A stretch of 32,000 bases of DNA from Megasphaera elsdenii DSM 20460 (GTDB taxonomy: Bacteria; Bacillota; Negativicutes; Veillonellales; Megasphaeraceae), in assembly GCF_003010495.1 (NCBI RefSeq), contig NZ_CP027570.1, positions 1,920,001 through 1,952,000 on the forward strand, in the 5' to 3' direction. Numbering within the stretch: the stretch's first letter is position 1; each line of letters begins with the position of its first letter. Made by a program: the position numbers and the translations under genes. Below the pieces are notes generated by a model. It was not told the DNA's origin. It saw only the letters and a program-made list of their open reading frames with translations, and ran no database searches. Shown in pieces: positions 7,742 to 16,825 of this stretch.

Positions 7742-8245
7742 TTACTTGTTCGTCGTCCGATGCGACCGGCGTACCTTCTGGGGATGACGGAGGATGTTGA
7801 ACATCTTCACACTCGTCTTCTTGATACGGGCGCCGGTATTCTTCATGCGCCGTGCTGTAGTGATCTTGGACTTGCGTTTCGGGCGCATGTCGCGGATGGA
7901 GCCGAAATCGCCGCGGCGGATACTCGTCGCCTTGATGCGGTCTGAGCGCAGGTTTACTTTCAAGGCACTCATGATCTGGCTCGTCTTGAGATCGATATTA
8001 AAACTGTAGATGTCCACTGCCACGTAGGACAGGGTCGGATAGGCGTGAATACAAATATGGGCGTTGCCGGAAACGGCAATGCATGTCAGTTCGTCGTCGA
8101 TATGGAAGAATGTAATCCCTTCGACAGGCGTGTCGACGAGGTCGAAAGCACGCTCTACCAAGGGCTGCAAGTCTTCGGCTTCCGTAAAGGTCGCTTTGCA
8201 GTTATAAAAATCGATGAGTACATGTTTTCCTAATGTGTTGTTCAT
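7742..8245 (-). CDS. S-adenosylmethionine decarboxylase (SpeD/SpeH)-fold protein lacking catalytic residues, with ~55-aa Lys/Arg-rich tail
   Basis: GKHVLIDFYNC.. and ..VSGNAHICIHAYPTLSYVAVDIYSFN align by eye to class 1 AdoMetDC (..SESH.SIHT.PE...A.D..TCG). The E-S cleavage pair reads N-A (Ala codon 8060-8062). The tail is RPKRKSKITTARRMKNTGARIKKTSVKMFNILRHPQKVRRSHRTTNK. I prefer ATG 8245 over the track's GTG 8254. Confidence 0.75.
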   Translation of the reverse strand: MNNTLGKHVLIDFYNCKATFTEAEDLQPLVERAFDLVDTPVEGITFFHIDDELTCIAVSGNAHICIHAYPTLSYVAVDIYSFNIDLKTSQIMSALKVNLRSDRIKATSIRRGDFGSIRDMRPKRKSKITTARRMKNTGARIKKTSVKMFNILRHPQKVRRSHRTTNK

Positions 8246-8306
8246 AATCTCCACCCGTTACTTAGTTACAGCTTATTATATACTGTTTTCGGGCCGATGT
8301 AAACAG

Positions 8307-8352
8307 AAAAAAAGACCCGTTCCCGATGTTTTTTTTACATCAGGAACGAGTC
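8307..8352 (-). terminator. intrinsic terminator of clpB
   Basis: The minus strand reads GACTCGTTCCTGATG, loop TAAAAAAAA, CATCGGGAACGGGTC (15 bp, two G-U pairs), followed directly by TTTTTTT (rc of the A-run at 8307-8313). Confidence 0.8.
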
Positions 8353-8380
8353 CTTTGTGCGCCAGTCACTAGCCACTAGC

Positions 8381-10969
8381 TCATGCGGCATGGACACGCA
8401 TGGGCGTGAAGGTGAAGTTGTTGCCATCGTAGCCGATGGTGACCGTATCGCCTTCGCGGATGGTACCGGCGATGATGTCGCGGCTCAGGGCCGTTTCGAC
8501 GGTATGCGTGATCAGGCGGCGCAGCGGACGGGCACCGAACTGCGGGTCGAACCCTTTGTCTGCCAATTCCTGTAAGGCTTCGTCGGTCCAGGTGAGGTGG
8601 ATCTTGACCTGTTTTTCCAGACGCTTGCCGAGGCGTTCCAAGAGGATAGCGGCGATGTTGCGTACCTGGTCTTTCTGGAGCGCTTTGAAGACGACGATGT
8701 CGTCAACACGGTTGAGAAATTCCGGACGGAAGTACTGTTTGAGCAGTTCGCGGACTTTCGCATTGGCTTCGTCGTAGTCCTTCGATTCGAGGATTTCGTG
8801 AGAGCCGAGGTTACTGGTCATGATGATGATGGTGTTCTTGAAGTTGACCACACGGCCTTTGCCATCGGTCAGGCGGCCATCGTCGAGAATCTGCAACAGG
8901 ACGTTGAAGATATCCGGATGGGCCTTTTCGATTTCATCGAGGAGAATGACGCTGTACGGACGACGGCGGACGGCTTCCGTGAGCTGGCCCCCTTCATCAT
9001 AGCCGACATATCCCGGAGGAGCCCCGATCAGACGGGATACGGTATGCTTTTCCATGTATTCCGACATATCGATGCGGATGATGTTACGTTCATCATCGAA
9101 GAGGGCTTCTGCCAAAGTCTTGGCCAGTTCGGTCTTGCCGACACCGGTCGGGCCGAGGAAGATGAAGGAACCGATCGGACGGTTCGGGTCTTTGATACCG
9201 GCACGGGCACGGATAATGGCATCGCTGACGACGCGGACGGCATCGTCCTGGCCGACGACCCGTTTATGCAACGTTTCGTCGAGGTGCAGGAGTTTTTCCC
9301 GTTCGCCGGTCATCATCTTAGTGACCGGGATGCCGGTCCAGCGGCTGACGACCTGAGCGATATCTTCTTCGCCGACTTCTTCTTTGAGGAGCTGCGAATC
9401 CTGGTGTTCCGCCAGGTAGGCTTCCTGTTCTTTCAACTGTTTCTGCAATTCCGGCAGTTTGCCGTACTTCAGTTCCGAAGCTTTGGCCAGATCGTAGTTG
9501 CGTTCGGCCTGGGCCATGTCACTCTTGACGGCGTCGATTTCTTTCTTCAAGCCCTGGGTGCGCAGGATGGACTGTTTTTCTTTATCCCACTGGGCTTTGA
9601 GCTTGCTTTCCTTTTCTTTCAATTCATTCTTCGTTTCCGTGATCTTAGCCAGCCGTTCTTTGGAAGCGTCGTCCGTTTCTTTGTTCAGGGACTGTTCTTC
9701 GATTTCCAGCTGCATGATCTTATGGCGCAGTTCGTCAATCGGCGTCGGCATGGATTCGATTTCCGTACGCAGTTTGGCTGCGGCTTCGTCGACGAGGTCG
9801 ATGGCCTTATCCGGCAGGAAGCGGTCGGAAATGTAGCGGTCCGACAGGACAGCGGCAGCGACCAGGGCCTTATCACGGATGCGGACGCCATGATGGACTT
9901 CGTAACGTTCTTTCAGGCCACGGAGAATGGTGATTGTGTCTTCGACCGACGGCTGGTCAACCATGACCGGCTGGAAACGACGTTCCAAAGCGGCATCTTT
10001 TTCGATGTATTTCTGGTATTCATTGAGGGTCGTAGCGCCGATGCAGCGCAGGTCACCACGGGCCAGCATCGGTTTCAGGATGTTGCCGGCATCCATGGAG
10101 CCTTCCGAAGCGCCAGCGCCGACGACGGTGTGGATTTCATCGATGAAGAGAAGGATCTGGCCGTCGGATTTGGCGATTTCATTGAGGACCGATTTGAGTC
10201 GTTCTTCAAATTCGCCACGGTATTTGGCACCGGCGATGAGGGAGCCCATATCGAGGGAGTAGAGGGTCTTGTTTTTCAGCGATTCCGGAACGTCACCGCT
10301 GACGATACGGCGGGCCAACCCTTCGACGATAGCCGTCTTGCCGACACCAGGTTCACCGATGAGGACCGGGTTGTTCTTACGACGGCGGGACAGGATTTCG
10401 ATGGTACGGCGGATTTCATCATCACGGCCGATGACCGGATCCAGTTTGTTCTGGCGGGCAGCGGCGGTCAGATCGCGGCCGTATTTTTCCAGGGCCTTGT
10501 AGTTTTCTTCCGGGTTATCACTGTTGACGTTAGCCTTGCGGTTAGCCTTGATGGTACTCATGATTTTGTCCTGCGTCAATCCGAATTCACGGCACAACTG
10601 CTGGACTTCGTCGTCGCTTTCGCTGACGATACCCATGAGGATGTGTTCCGTGCTGATGTATTCATCGTGCATAGAGTCTGCCAACTGCTGGGCTTTGCCG
10701 ATGACACGGACCATTTCCGTCGACATGGACAACTGGCTGGAGCCCTTGACGGACGGAATCTTCTTCAGTAACTGTTCCAAGCGGGCCTGGAGCATGGGGA
10801 CGTCGGTATGACATTCCGAGAAAATCGTGTTGAGCAGGCCTTCCGGTTCTTTTGTCAAGCCCATGAGCATATGGACCGATGAGAGTTCCTGGTTATAATG
10901 GAGCGCGGCGATCTGCTGGGCAGACTGGAAGGCTTCGATGACCTTTTGCGTATATTTTTCGTTTCCCAT
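8381..10969 (-). CDS. clpB: ClpB disaggregase (class 1 AAA+ chaperone)
   Basis: Two Walker A motifs ([15 protein letters not shown] and [15 protein letters not shown]), a long coiled-coil middle domain and a Clp N domain. ATG 10969 lies 8 nt after GGAGG. The track's start at 11005 adds 12 unlikely residues. Confidence 0.95.
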   Translation of the reverse strand: MGNEKYTQKVIEAFQSAQQIAALHYNQELSSVHMLMGLTKEPEGLLNTIFSECHTDVPMLQARLEQLLKKIPSVKGSSQLSMSTEMVRVIGKAQQLADSMHDEYISTEHILMGIVSESDDEVQQLCREFGLTQDKIMSTIKANRKANVNSDNPEENYKALEKYGRDLTAAARQNKLDPVIGRDDEIRRTIEILSRRRKNNPVLIGEPGVGKTAIVEGLARRIVSGDVPESLKNKTLYSLDMGSLIAGAKYRGEFEERLKSVLNEIAKSDGQILLFIDEIHTVVGAGASEGSMDAGNILKPMLARGDLRCIGATTLNEYQKYIEKDAALERRFQPVMVDQPSVEDTITILRGLKERYEVHHGVRIRDKALVAAAVLSDRYISDRFLPDKAIDLVDEAAAKLRTEIESMPTPIDELRHKIMQLEIEEQSLNKETDDASKERLAKITETKNELKEKESKLKAQWDKEKQSILRTQGLKKEIDAVKSDMAQAERNYDLAKASELKYGKLPELQKQLKEQEAYLAEHQDSQLLKEEVGEEDIAQVVSRWTGIPVTKMMTGEREKLLHLDETLHKRVVGQDDAVRVVSDAIIRARAGIKDPNRPIGSFIFLGPTGVGKTELAKTLAEALFDDERNIIRIDMSEYMEKHTVSRLIGAPPGYVGYDEGGQLTEAVRRRPYSVILLDEIEKAHPDIFNVLLQILDDGRLTDGKGRVVNFKNTIIIMTSNLGSHEILESKDYDEANAKVRELLKQYFRPEFLNRVDDIVVFKALQKDQVRNIAAILLERLGKRLEKQVKIHLTWTDEALQELADKGFDPQFGARPLRRLITHTVETALSRDIIAGTIREGDTVTIGYDGNNFTFTPMRVHAA

Positions 10970-11035
10970 AATTAAGACCTCCTTACTTATGGTGGAAGTA
11001 ATCATTCTTAGGAGCTTTCCTCAAGCTCTAGTATC

Positions 11036-11063
11036 ATTATACCGTTAAAAGTCAAAAAGTCAA
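11036..11063 (-). promoter_or_regulatory. clpB promoter embedded in tandem TTGAC repeats
   Basis: On the minus strand the -35 is TTGACT (rc 11058-11063), followed by a 16-nt spacer and a perfect -10 TATAAT (rc 11036-11041). Further TTGAC copies lie just upstream. Confidence 0.5.
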
Positions 11064-11151
11064 TAGGTCAAAAGAAGAAAAGTCAAAAAATATATTTGAC
11101 AAAGGAAGGGGCCTTTCGCTACACTTAATCTGTCAGGAAGGAGACGCACTT

Positions 11152-11955
11152 ATGGATGAAAAAGAACGGAAAGCGTTTGAAGGCGACGCCTTTGCCCAAT
11201 GCGCTATGGGCGACGATTATTTCTTTGAAGCTTTCGATGCCGATATAGAATATAAAGATGTTTTATATAAGAAGGCCCTGTACTGGTACCACCGGGCTGC
11301 CCAGAAAGGACACGCGGCCAGTCAGTATAACCTGGCCTATCAGTATGAACACGGACTGGGGACGGATACCGACATGGAACAGGCCGTGTACTGGTACCGC
11401 CGGGCGGCCAATCAGGGGTATGGCACGGCCGAAAACAACCTGGGCCATCTCTACGAAACGGGGAACGGCCTGCCCCAGGATTATGGACTGGCTTTGCACT
11501 GGTACGGCCGGGCTGCCCGCCATGATGACGCCGACGGCCAGTGCAATACGGCCATCATGTACCAGTTCGGCTATGCCGGCCCGCGGGATTATGACAAGGC
11601 CGCCTACTGGTATGCCCAGGCGGCCAAAAAGGGCAATGCCATTGCCCAGAACAACCTGGGATACCTTTACGAAACGGGCCGCGGTGTCCCGCAGGACTGG
11701 GAACTGGCAGCCCGCTGGTACTATGAAGCCGCCATGGCCGGAGACGGGCCGGCCCAGAATAATCTGGGCGTACTCTACCGCGACGGTCACGGCGTCCGCC
11801 ACGACCTTTGCCAGGCCGTCTATTGGTTCGCCCAGTCGGCGGCTTCCGGGTACAAGGAAGGCATGAAGAATTATGCCCATGCCCTGGAAAAAGGCGAAGG
11901 CGTAGAAAAAGACACGGTCGAAGCGGCCTATTGGCGGCAGAAGGGAAAGAAATAG
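11152..11955 (+). CDS. Sel1-like repeat (SLR) protein, cytoplasmic
   Basis: 267-aa ORF made of ~36-aa units (A..NLG.LYE.G.GVPQD...A..WY..AA..G) with no signal peptide. A possible promoter is TTGACA 11096-11101 / TACACT 11120-11125. Confidence 0.85.
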   Translation: MDEKERKAFEGDAFAQCAMGDDYFFEAFDADIEYKDVLYKKALYWYHRAAQKGHAASQYNLAYQYEHGLGTDTDMEQAVYWYRRAANQGYGTAENNLGHLYETGNGLPQDYGLALHWYGRAARHDDADGQCNTAIMYQFGYAGPRDYDKAAYWYAQAAKKGNAIAQNNLGYLYETGRGVPQDWELAARWYYEAAMAGDGPAQNNLGVLYRDGHGVRHDLCQAVYWFAQSAASGYKEGMKNYAHALEKGEGVEKDTVEAAYWRQKGKK

Positions 11956-11994
11956 GAGTGATATTTTACTAGTCAACATTACAGAAATATAATA

Positions 11995-12023
11995 TTGACT
12001 ATCCAGGCTAAAAGGAGTATACT
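11995..12023 (+). promoter_or_regulatory. candidate promoter of the cas operon
   Basis: -35 TTGACT 11995-12000, a 17-nt spacer, -10 TATACT 12018-12023. The -35 is one arm of the 7-bp inverted repeat TAGTCAA...TTGACTA. Confidence 0.4.
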
Positions 12024-12074
12024 GAAGATATCAAAAACGAATTGTAAAATTCACAAAATTGCAGGGAAAGGGGC

Positions 12075-14267
12075 ATGAAAATGGGAAACTATATTGGGCA
12101 TACTAGCGAAGACGGACGACAGCAACTGCTGATAGACCATTTGAAAGGGACCAGCCTTTTGGCCGAACGATTTGCCAGTGTGTTTGATGCGCCCGAATGG
12201 GGAAGGATGGCTGGATTATATCATGACATCGGGAAATATAGTGCGGCTTTCCAGCGACGGATCCTGGAAGATGGGCCGCTGGTCGATCATTCTACAGCCG
12301 GTGCCTTGCTGATGAAGAAAGTAAAGAATGTTCCTTTGGCTTTCTGTATTGCCAGTCATCACAGTGGCCTCCTCAATACGGGAACGAAATTATCAAAAGT
12401 CGATGACGGTACCCTGATGGGGCGGCTGAAAAAAGAATTGAAGGGCAAACTGGACTATTCGGCTTATCGCCAGGAACTGCCTGAACCCGTACCGATTCGC
12501 AAGGCGCCGGCCTTTTTATACGGAAAAGACCAGTTCTATTATTCCTTCTTCATCCGCATGCTTTTTTCCTGTTTAGTCGATGCCGATTTTTTGGATACGG
12601 AGCGATTCGTAAACGATGGCAAAGTGCAGCGCGGCGGATTCGCGACGATGGAGGAACTTCACGATTTATTTTTCGCGTATTATGCAACTTTTGGAAAACC
12701 CACTACGCCTATCAATCAAAAACGGCAGGAAATTTATCAGCAATGTCTGGATGCGGCTGAAAAAGAGCCAGGTATGTTTAGTCTGACCGTTCCGACCGGT
12801 GGCGGTAAGACCTTGTCTTCCTTGGCTTTTGCCTTGAAACATGCTATAAAATACAAGAAACAGCGGATTATTTATATCATCCCCTATACTTCGATTATTG
12901 AACAGACTGCCGATATTTTCCGTAATATTCTAGGGGATGGTAACGTCATCGAACACCATATGAATGTCGATTACGATAAAGATTACGATAAAAATTACGA
13001 CGATGACAAAAAGGAAGATGATGGCTTGAACCGCAAAAAGCTGGCGACTGAAAATTGGGATGCGCCCGTCATTGTGACGACAAATGTGCAGTTTTTTGAA
13101 TCCCTCTTTGCGGCTAAGACCAGCCGGTGCCGCAAGGTACATAATATTGCCAATAGCGTCCTCATCTTTGATGAAGCACAGATGCTCCCTGAGCCTTATT
13201 TGCGGCCTTGCATCCGCAGCATGGGCGAATTGGTGGCTAATTATCGTTGTACGGCAGTATTGTGTACGGCAACGCAGCCGAGTTTGGAAACGTATTTTTC
13301 CCGGATCGGAGAAGACCTGAAAGTGCGGGAAATCTGTCCGGATACCCAAGACTTGTATGGATTTTTCAGGCGCGTCACTTATCGATTCATGGATGTAGAT
13401 TCCCTGGAATCCTTGGCGGCGCAGCTGAAAGAGCATGAGCAGGTCCTGTGTGTCACTAATTCCAAGAAGGACGCTCGGGACTTGTATCAGATGATGGCGG
13501 GCGATGGATGTTATCATTTGTCGACCTTCATGTATCCGGCTCATCGGCGCCGTGTCTTAGCCATCATCCGTCAGCGCCTTCAGGAGGGCTTGCCCTGCCG
13601 GGTCATTTCGACCAGCTTGATCCAGGCTGGTGTCGATGTCGATTTCCCTGTCGTTTATCGTGAAATTGCGGGCCTGGATAGTATCATACAGACCGGCGGC
13701 CGCTGCAATCGGGAGGGGAAACAGCGGACAGAAGACAGCATCGTATCTATTTATGATTTGCCTAAACCTATGAACCGGATTCCGGCTTTCGTGCGGCGCC
13801 CTATCGAAATAACCCAGATGGTGGCGAAGGACCATGCCGACATAGCCAGTGCAGAGAGTATTAAAGCGTATTTCGACCAGCTCCATTATACGCTTGGCGA
13901 AGACCAGCTGGACAGTAAAGATGTGTTAAAACGATTAGAAGTGAATAAACCGGCCTTTACAGAGATTGCAAAAGATTTCAAACTGATAGAAGAAGACAGC
14001 CGGACCGTTTTTATTCCTATAGATGATGACCTGGACAACCAGAAAATCCTGGCACAATTGAGAAGCGGTGTTTGCAACCGGTCCATACTCCGTAAGGCGA
14101 ATCAATATATGGTCGGCGTCTATGAGAATCAGTTCAGGAAACTAGAGGAAACGAATAAGCTGGAAGCGTTGGAGTTTGGATTGTATGTACTAACGGATCC
14201 GGCAGCATATGATCCGGATACGGGGCTCGTCGTCAATATGGAAGATGGAATAGGCATCTTTTTATAA
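12075..14267 (+). CDS. cas3: Cas3 HD nuclease/helicase (type I-C)
   Basis: HD motifs are LYHDIGK, ASHHSGL and DADFLD. Helicase motifs are VPTGGGKT, FDEAQ and QTGGRCNREG. It heads a cas5-cas8c-cas7 operon. Confidence 0.95.
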   Translation: MKMGNYIGHTSEDGRQQLLIDHLKGTSLLAERFASVFDAPEWGRMAGLYHDIGKYSAAFQRRILEDGPLVDHSTAGALLMKKVKNVPLAFCIASHHSGLLNTGTKLSKVDDGTLMGRLKKELKGKLDYSAYRQELPEPVPIRKAPAFLYGKDQFYYSFFIRMLFSCLVDADFLDTERFVNDGKVQRGGFATMEELHDLFFAYYATFGKPTTPINQKRQEIYQQCLDAAEKEPGMFSLTVPTGGGKTLSSLAFALKHAIKYKKQRIIYIIPYTSIIEQTADIFRNILGDGNVIEHHMNVDYDKDYDKNYDDDKKEDDGLNRKKLATENWDAPVIVTTNVQFFESLFAAKTSRCRKVHNIANSVLIFDEAQMLPEPYLRPCIRSMGELVANYRCTAVLCTATQPSLETYFSRIGEDLKVREICPDTQDLYGFFRRVTYRFMDVDSLESLAAQLKEHEQVLCVTNSKKDARDLYQMMAGDGCYHLSTFMYPAHRRRVLAIIRQRLQEGLPCRVISTSLIQAGVDVDFPVVYREIAGLDSIIQTGGRCNREGKQRTEDSIVSIYDLPKPMNRIPAFVRRPIEITQMVAKDHADIASAESIKAYFDQLHYTLGEDQLDSKDVLKRLEVNKPAFTEIAKDFKLIEEDSRTVFIPIDDDLDNQKILAQLRSGVCNRSILRKANQYMVGVYENQFRKLEETNKLEALEFGLYVLTDPAAYDPDTGLVVNMEDGIGIFL

Positions 14268-14284
14268 ATTAGGGAGATGATGAT

Positions 14285-14938
14285 ATGGCAATACGAGTAG
14301 AAGTTTGGGGAGATTATGCCTTATTCTCCCGGCCGGAAATGAAAACAGAACGCGTCAGTTATGATGTCATGACGCCGTCTGCGGCACGAGGCATCATTGA
14401 GGCGATTTATTGGCATCCCGGACTCAAATGGATTATTGATAAAATCTATGTCCTCAGTCCTATCCGGTTCACCAATATCCGCCGCAATGAAGTCAAGGCA
14501 AAGGCCAGCGCCAGAGCGGCCAAGCAGGCGATGACTAAGAAAAATGTGGACTTGTATTTGAGTACGAAAGAAGAAATCCAGCAGCGGGCTTCTATGGTAC
14601 TGTGCAAGGTGCATTATGTCATCGAAGCGCATTTTGAACTGACCGATAAGGCCAATGCTTCTGACAATGCTGGAAAGTTCCAGGATATCATCCGCCGCCG
14701 CTTGAAGCGGGGACAATGTTATCATACGCCTTATTTTGGCTGCCGGGAATTTCCTGTCAATTTCCGGGAATACGAATTTGACAGTGTGCCGACAGCCTAT
14801 GCCGGGGAAGATAAGGAATTAGGCTATATGCTGTATGACATGGATTATTCCGATTTACAGCACATACGGCCTATGTTCTTCAAAGCGACCTTACATAATG
14901 GGGTCCTGGATTTGCGGGATTGTGAGGTGCACTCATGA
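14285..14938 (+). CDS. cas5: Cas5 (Cas5d/Cas5c, pre-crRNA endonuclease subunit of type I-C)
   Basis: The N-terminus IRVEVWGDYALFSRPEMKTERVSYDVMTPSAARGIIEAIYWHPG is the Cas5d hallmark. The stop overlaps the cas8c start. Confidence 0.95.
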   Translation: MAIRVEVWGDYALFSRPEMKTERVSYDVMTPSAARGIIEAIYWHPGLKWIIDKIYVLSPIRFTNIRRNEVKAKASARAAKQAMTKKNVDLYLSTKEEIQQRASMVLCKVHYVIEAHFELTDKANASDNAGKFQDIIRRRLKRGQCYHTPYFGCREFPVNFREYEFDSVPTAYAGEDKELGYMLYDMDYSDLQHIRPMFFKATLHNGVLDLRDCEVHS

Positions 14939-16824
14939 TTTTACAATCGTTGGTAGCGTATTATGAAACCTTAGCCCGGCAGGGAGCTATTGCCAAGCCG
15001 GGGTGGGGGGACTATAAGATTTCCTATGCTGTCAATCTGAATCAGCAGGGCGAAGTCATCGGAATCCTATCCTTAGAAAAAGAAGTGATGCGGGGGAAAA
15101 AGACGGTATCCGTACCTACGGTCCATATGCTGCCGGAAGGCGTGAAAAAATCGTCGGGTATCCGGCCGCAGTTCCTGTGGGCCAATGCCGCTTATTGCCT
15201 GGGGCTGCCTAAAGACATGAAGACAGCGGATATGGCAGAAGATGCGGCAGCTAAATGGGAAAAAGAGAAAAAACGGAGTATAGCTTGTTTTGAAGCGATG
15301 AAAAAATATCATTTGGATATCTTAGAAGCTGTCCACACGCCGTCAGCAGAGGCATTGAAGCGGTTCTTTACGACGTGGAAGCCGGAAACAGCAGAAAATC
15401 ATCCCGTGTTGAAACCCTATCTGGCCACCAACCTGTTGACAGCCAATGTAATGTATGCCGTCGAAGGTGTCTTTGTCAAAGATGATGAAACCATCAGGGC
15501 TGCCTGGGATGCCCATTATAATCAGCCATCTGCTGATGCTGTCGAAGGGCAGTGTTTGGTCACGGGGAAAATAGCTCCCATTGCCCGCATCCATCCCAAT
15601 ATCAAAGGCGTCCGCGGCGCTCAGTCCTCAGGAGCTTCCTTAGTATCTTTCAACGCAGATGCTTTTGAATCATACGGTCATTCAGGGGGGCAGTGCTATA
15701 ATGCCCCTGTCAGCGAACATGCCGCTTTTGCCTATACGACGGCATTGAATCAGCTTATTGCCGATGAAAAGCACTGTAAGGTCATTGGCAATACGACCGT
15801 TGTCTATTGGGCAGCCGATGGGGAAGAAGCCTATCAGGATTTGCTTCATAGCGCCGTTTTTGAAGATGATGACACTATTGATGATGAGACACTTGATGCC
15901 TTGTTTTCTCACATCCAAAAAGGAATGCCCTTTGATTTTCAAGGAGTTCCCATCCATCCCGATACGCCTTTTTATATCTTAGGATTATCGCCAAATGCAG
16001 CCAGACTCTCAGTCCGTTTTTTCTTACAGGATACGTTCGGTCATTTTATCGACCACGTGCGCAAACATTATGAAAGACTGGAAATCGTTATGCCTCAGCA
16101 GTATCGGGCTTACTTGCCATTAGGGAGATTGTTGGGGGTAACAGTGAATCCTAAACGTAAGGACACGAAAGGAAAACCTGATAAAAAGTATGAGAAAGCA
16201 TCCCCACTTCTGGCAGGTGCTGTGATGCGTAGCATCCTTTCTGATACGCCTTACCCGCAGGCTTTATACAATAGCGTCATGTTGAGAGTCAAAGCAGACC
16301 AGGATGATAAAGATAATTATATCTATAAAATTAGTGCCGAAAAAGCCGCCATCATCAAGGCTTGTTTATTGAAGAATTTTCCGAAAGGAGAGGAAGTAAC
16401 TGTGGCATTGAATGAAGAAAGTACGAATACGGCCTATGTATTAGGCCGACTGTTCTCTGTATTGGAACAAATTCAGGAAAAAGCCCATGAAAAAGATAAT
16501 GGACGCGGTAAGGTTCCCGACTCAGAAAAGAATCGGAAAGGAATAAATAGCACGATTAAGGATCGATTTTTTAATAGTGCGGCTGCGACCCCGGGATGGG
16601 TATTTCCAATTTTGTTGAAAATGGCCAACCACCATTTACGCAAATTGAATGACAGAAAGGGATTGAAAATTGAACTGGAAAAAATGGTCACAGAATTGGA
16701 AGGGAAAATCGAGATGAATGGCCAGCCTATTCCGGCGCGGATGAATTTGAACGATCAAGGCTTATTTATTTTAGGCTATTACCATCAGACCCAGAAACGG
16801 TATATGAAAAAGGAGGAAAAATAA
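14935..16824 (+). CDS. cas8c: Cas8c (Csd1) large subunit
   Basis: 629-aa ORF between cas5 and cas7 with an ATGA overlap with cas5. Size and position fit Csd1. Confidence 0.9.
   Translation: MILQSLVAYYETLARQGAIAKPGWGDYKISYAVNLNQQGEVIGILSLEKEVMRGKKTVSVPTVHMLPEGVKKSSGIRPQFLWANAAYCLGLPKDMKTADMAEDAAAKWEKEKKRSIACFEAMKKYHLDILEAVHTPSAEALKRFFTTWKPETAENHPVLKPYLATNLLTANVMYAVEGVFVKDDETIRAAWDAHYNQPSADAVEGQCLVTGKIAPIARIHPNIKGVRGAQSSGASLVSFNADAFESYGHSGGQCYNAPVSEHAAFAYTTALNQLIADEKHCKVIGNTTVVYWAADGEEAYQDLLHSAVFEDDDTIDDETLDALFSHIQKGMPFDFQGVPIHPDTPFYILGLSPNAARLSVRFFLQDTFGHFIDHVRKHYERLEIVMPQQYRAYLPLGRLLGVTVNPKRKDTKGKPDKKYEKASPLLAGAVMRSILSDTPYPQALYNSVMLRVKADQDDKDNYIYKISAEKAAIIKACLLKNFPKGEEVTVALNEESTNTAYVLGRLFSVLEQIQEKAHEKDNGRGKVPDSEKNRKGINSTIKDRFFNSAAATPGWVFPILLKMANHHLRKLNDRKGLKIELEKMVTELEGKIEMNGQPIPARMNLNDQGLFILGYYHQTQKRYMKKEEK
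16402..16824 (+). CDS. cas11: probable internally translated small subunit Cas11c (in frame within cas8c)
   Basis: An in-frame GTG at 16402 (codon 490 of cas8c) is preceded by AAAGGAGAGGAAG (16384-16396). It would give a 140-aa helical product. Internal translation of Cas11 from cas8c has been reported for type I-C systems. Confidence 0.4.
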   Translation: MALNEESTNTAYVLGRLFSVLEQIQEKAHEKDNGRGKVPDSEKNRKGINSTIKDRFFNSAAATPGWVFPILLKMANHHLRKLNDRKGLKIELEKMVTELEGKIEMNGQPIPARMNLNDQGLFILGYYHQTQKRYMKKEEK

Positions 16825-16825
16825 G

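Noticed and set aside
8597-10771. 724-aa + strand ORF and several 60-113-aa ORFs overlapping clpB.
   Set aside because: They are antisense or alternative-frame shadows of a strongly supported clpB. The translations are low-complexity (D/F/V/A rich), with no RBS and no recognisable motifs.
11048-11090. A canonical CtsR operator upstream of clpB.
   Set aside because: The GTCAAA units are spaced 8 bp apart rather than following the A/GGTCAAA-NAN-A/GGTCAAA arrangement. It is kept only as a CtsR-like or unknown operator in the findings.
11258-11979. 202-aa (+) and 238-aa (-) ORFs overlapping the Sel1-repeat gene.
   Set aside because: They are alternative-frame or antisense products of a repetitive GC-rich gene. 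Only the 11152-11955 frame gives Sel1 repeats.
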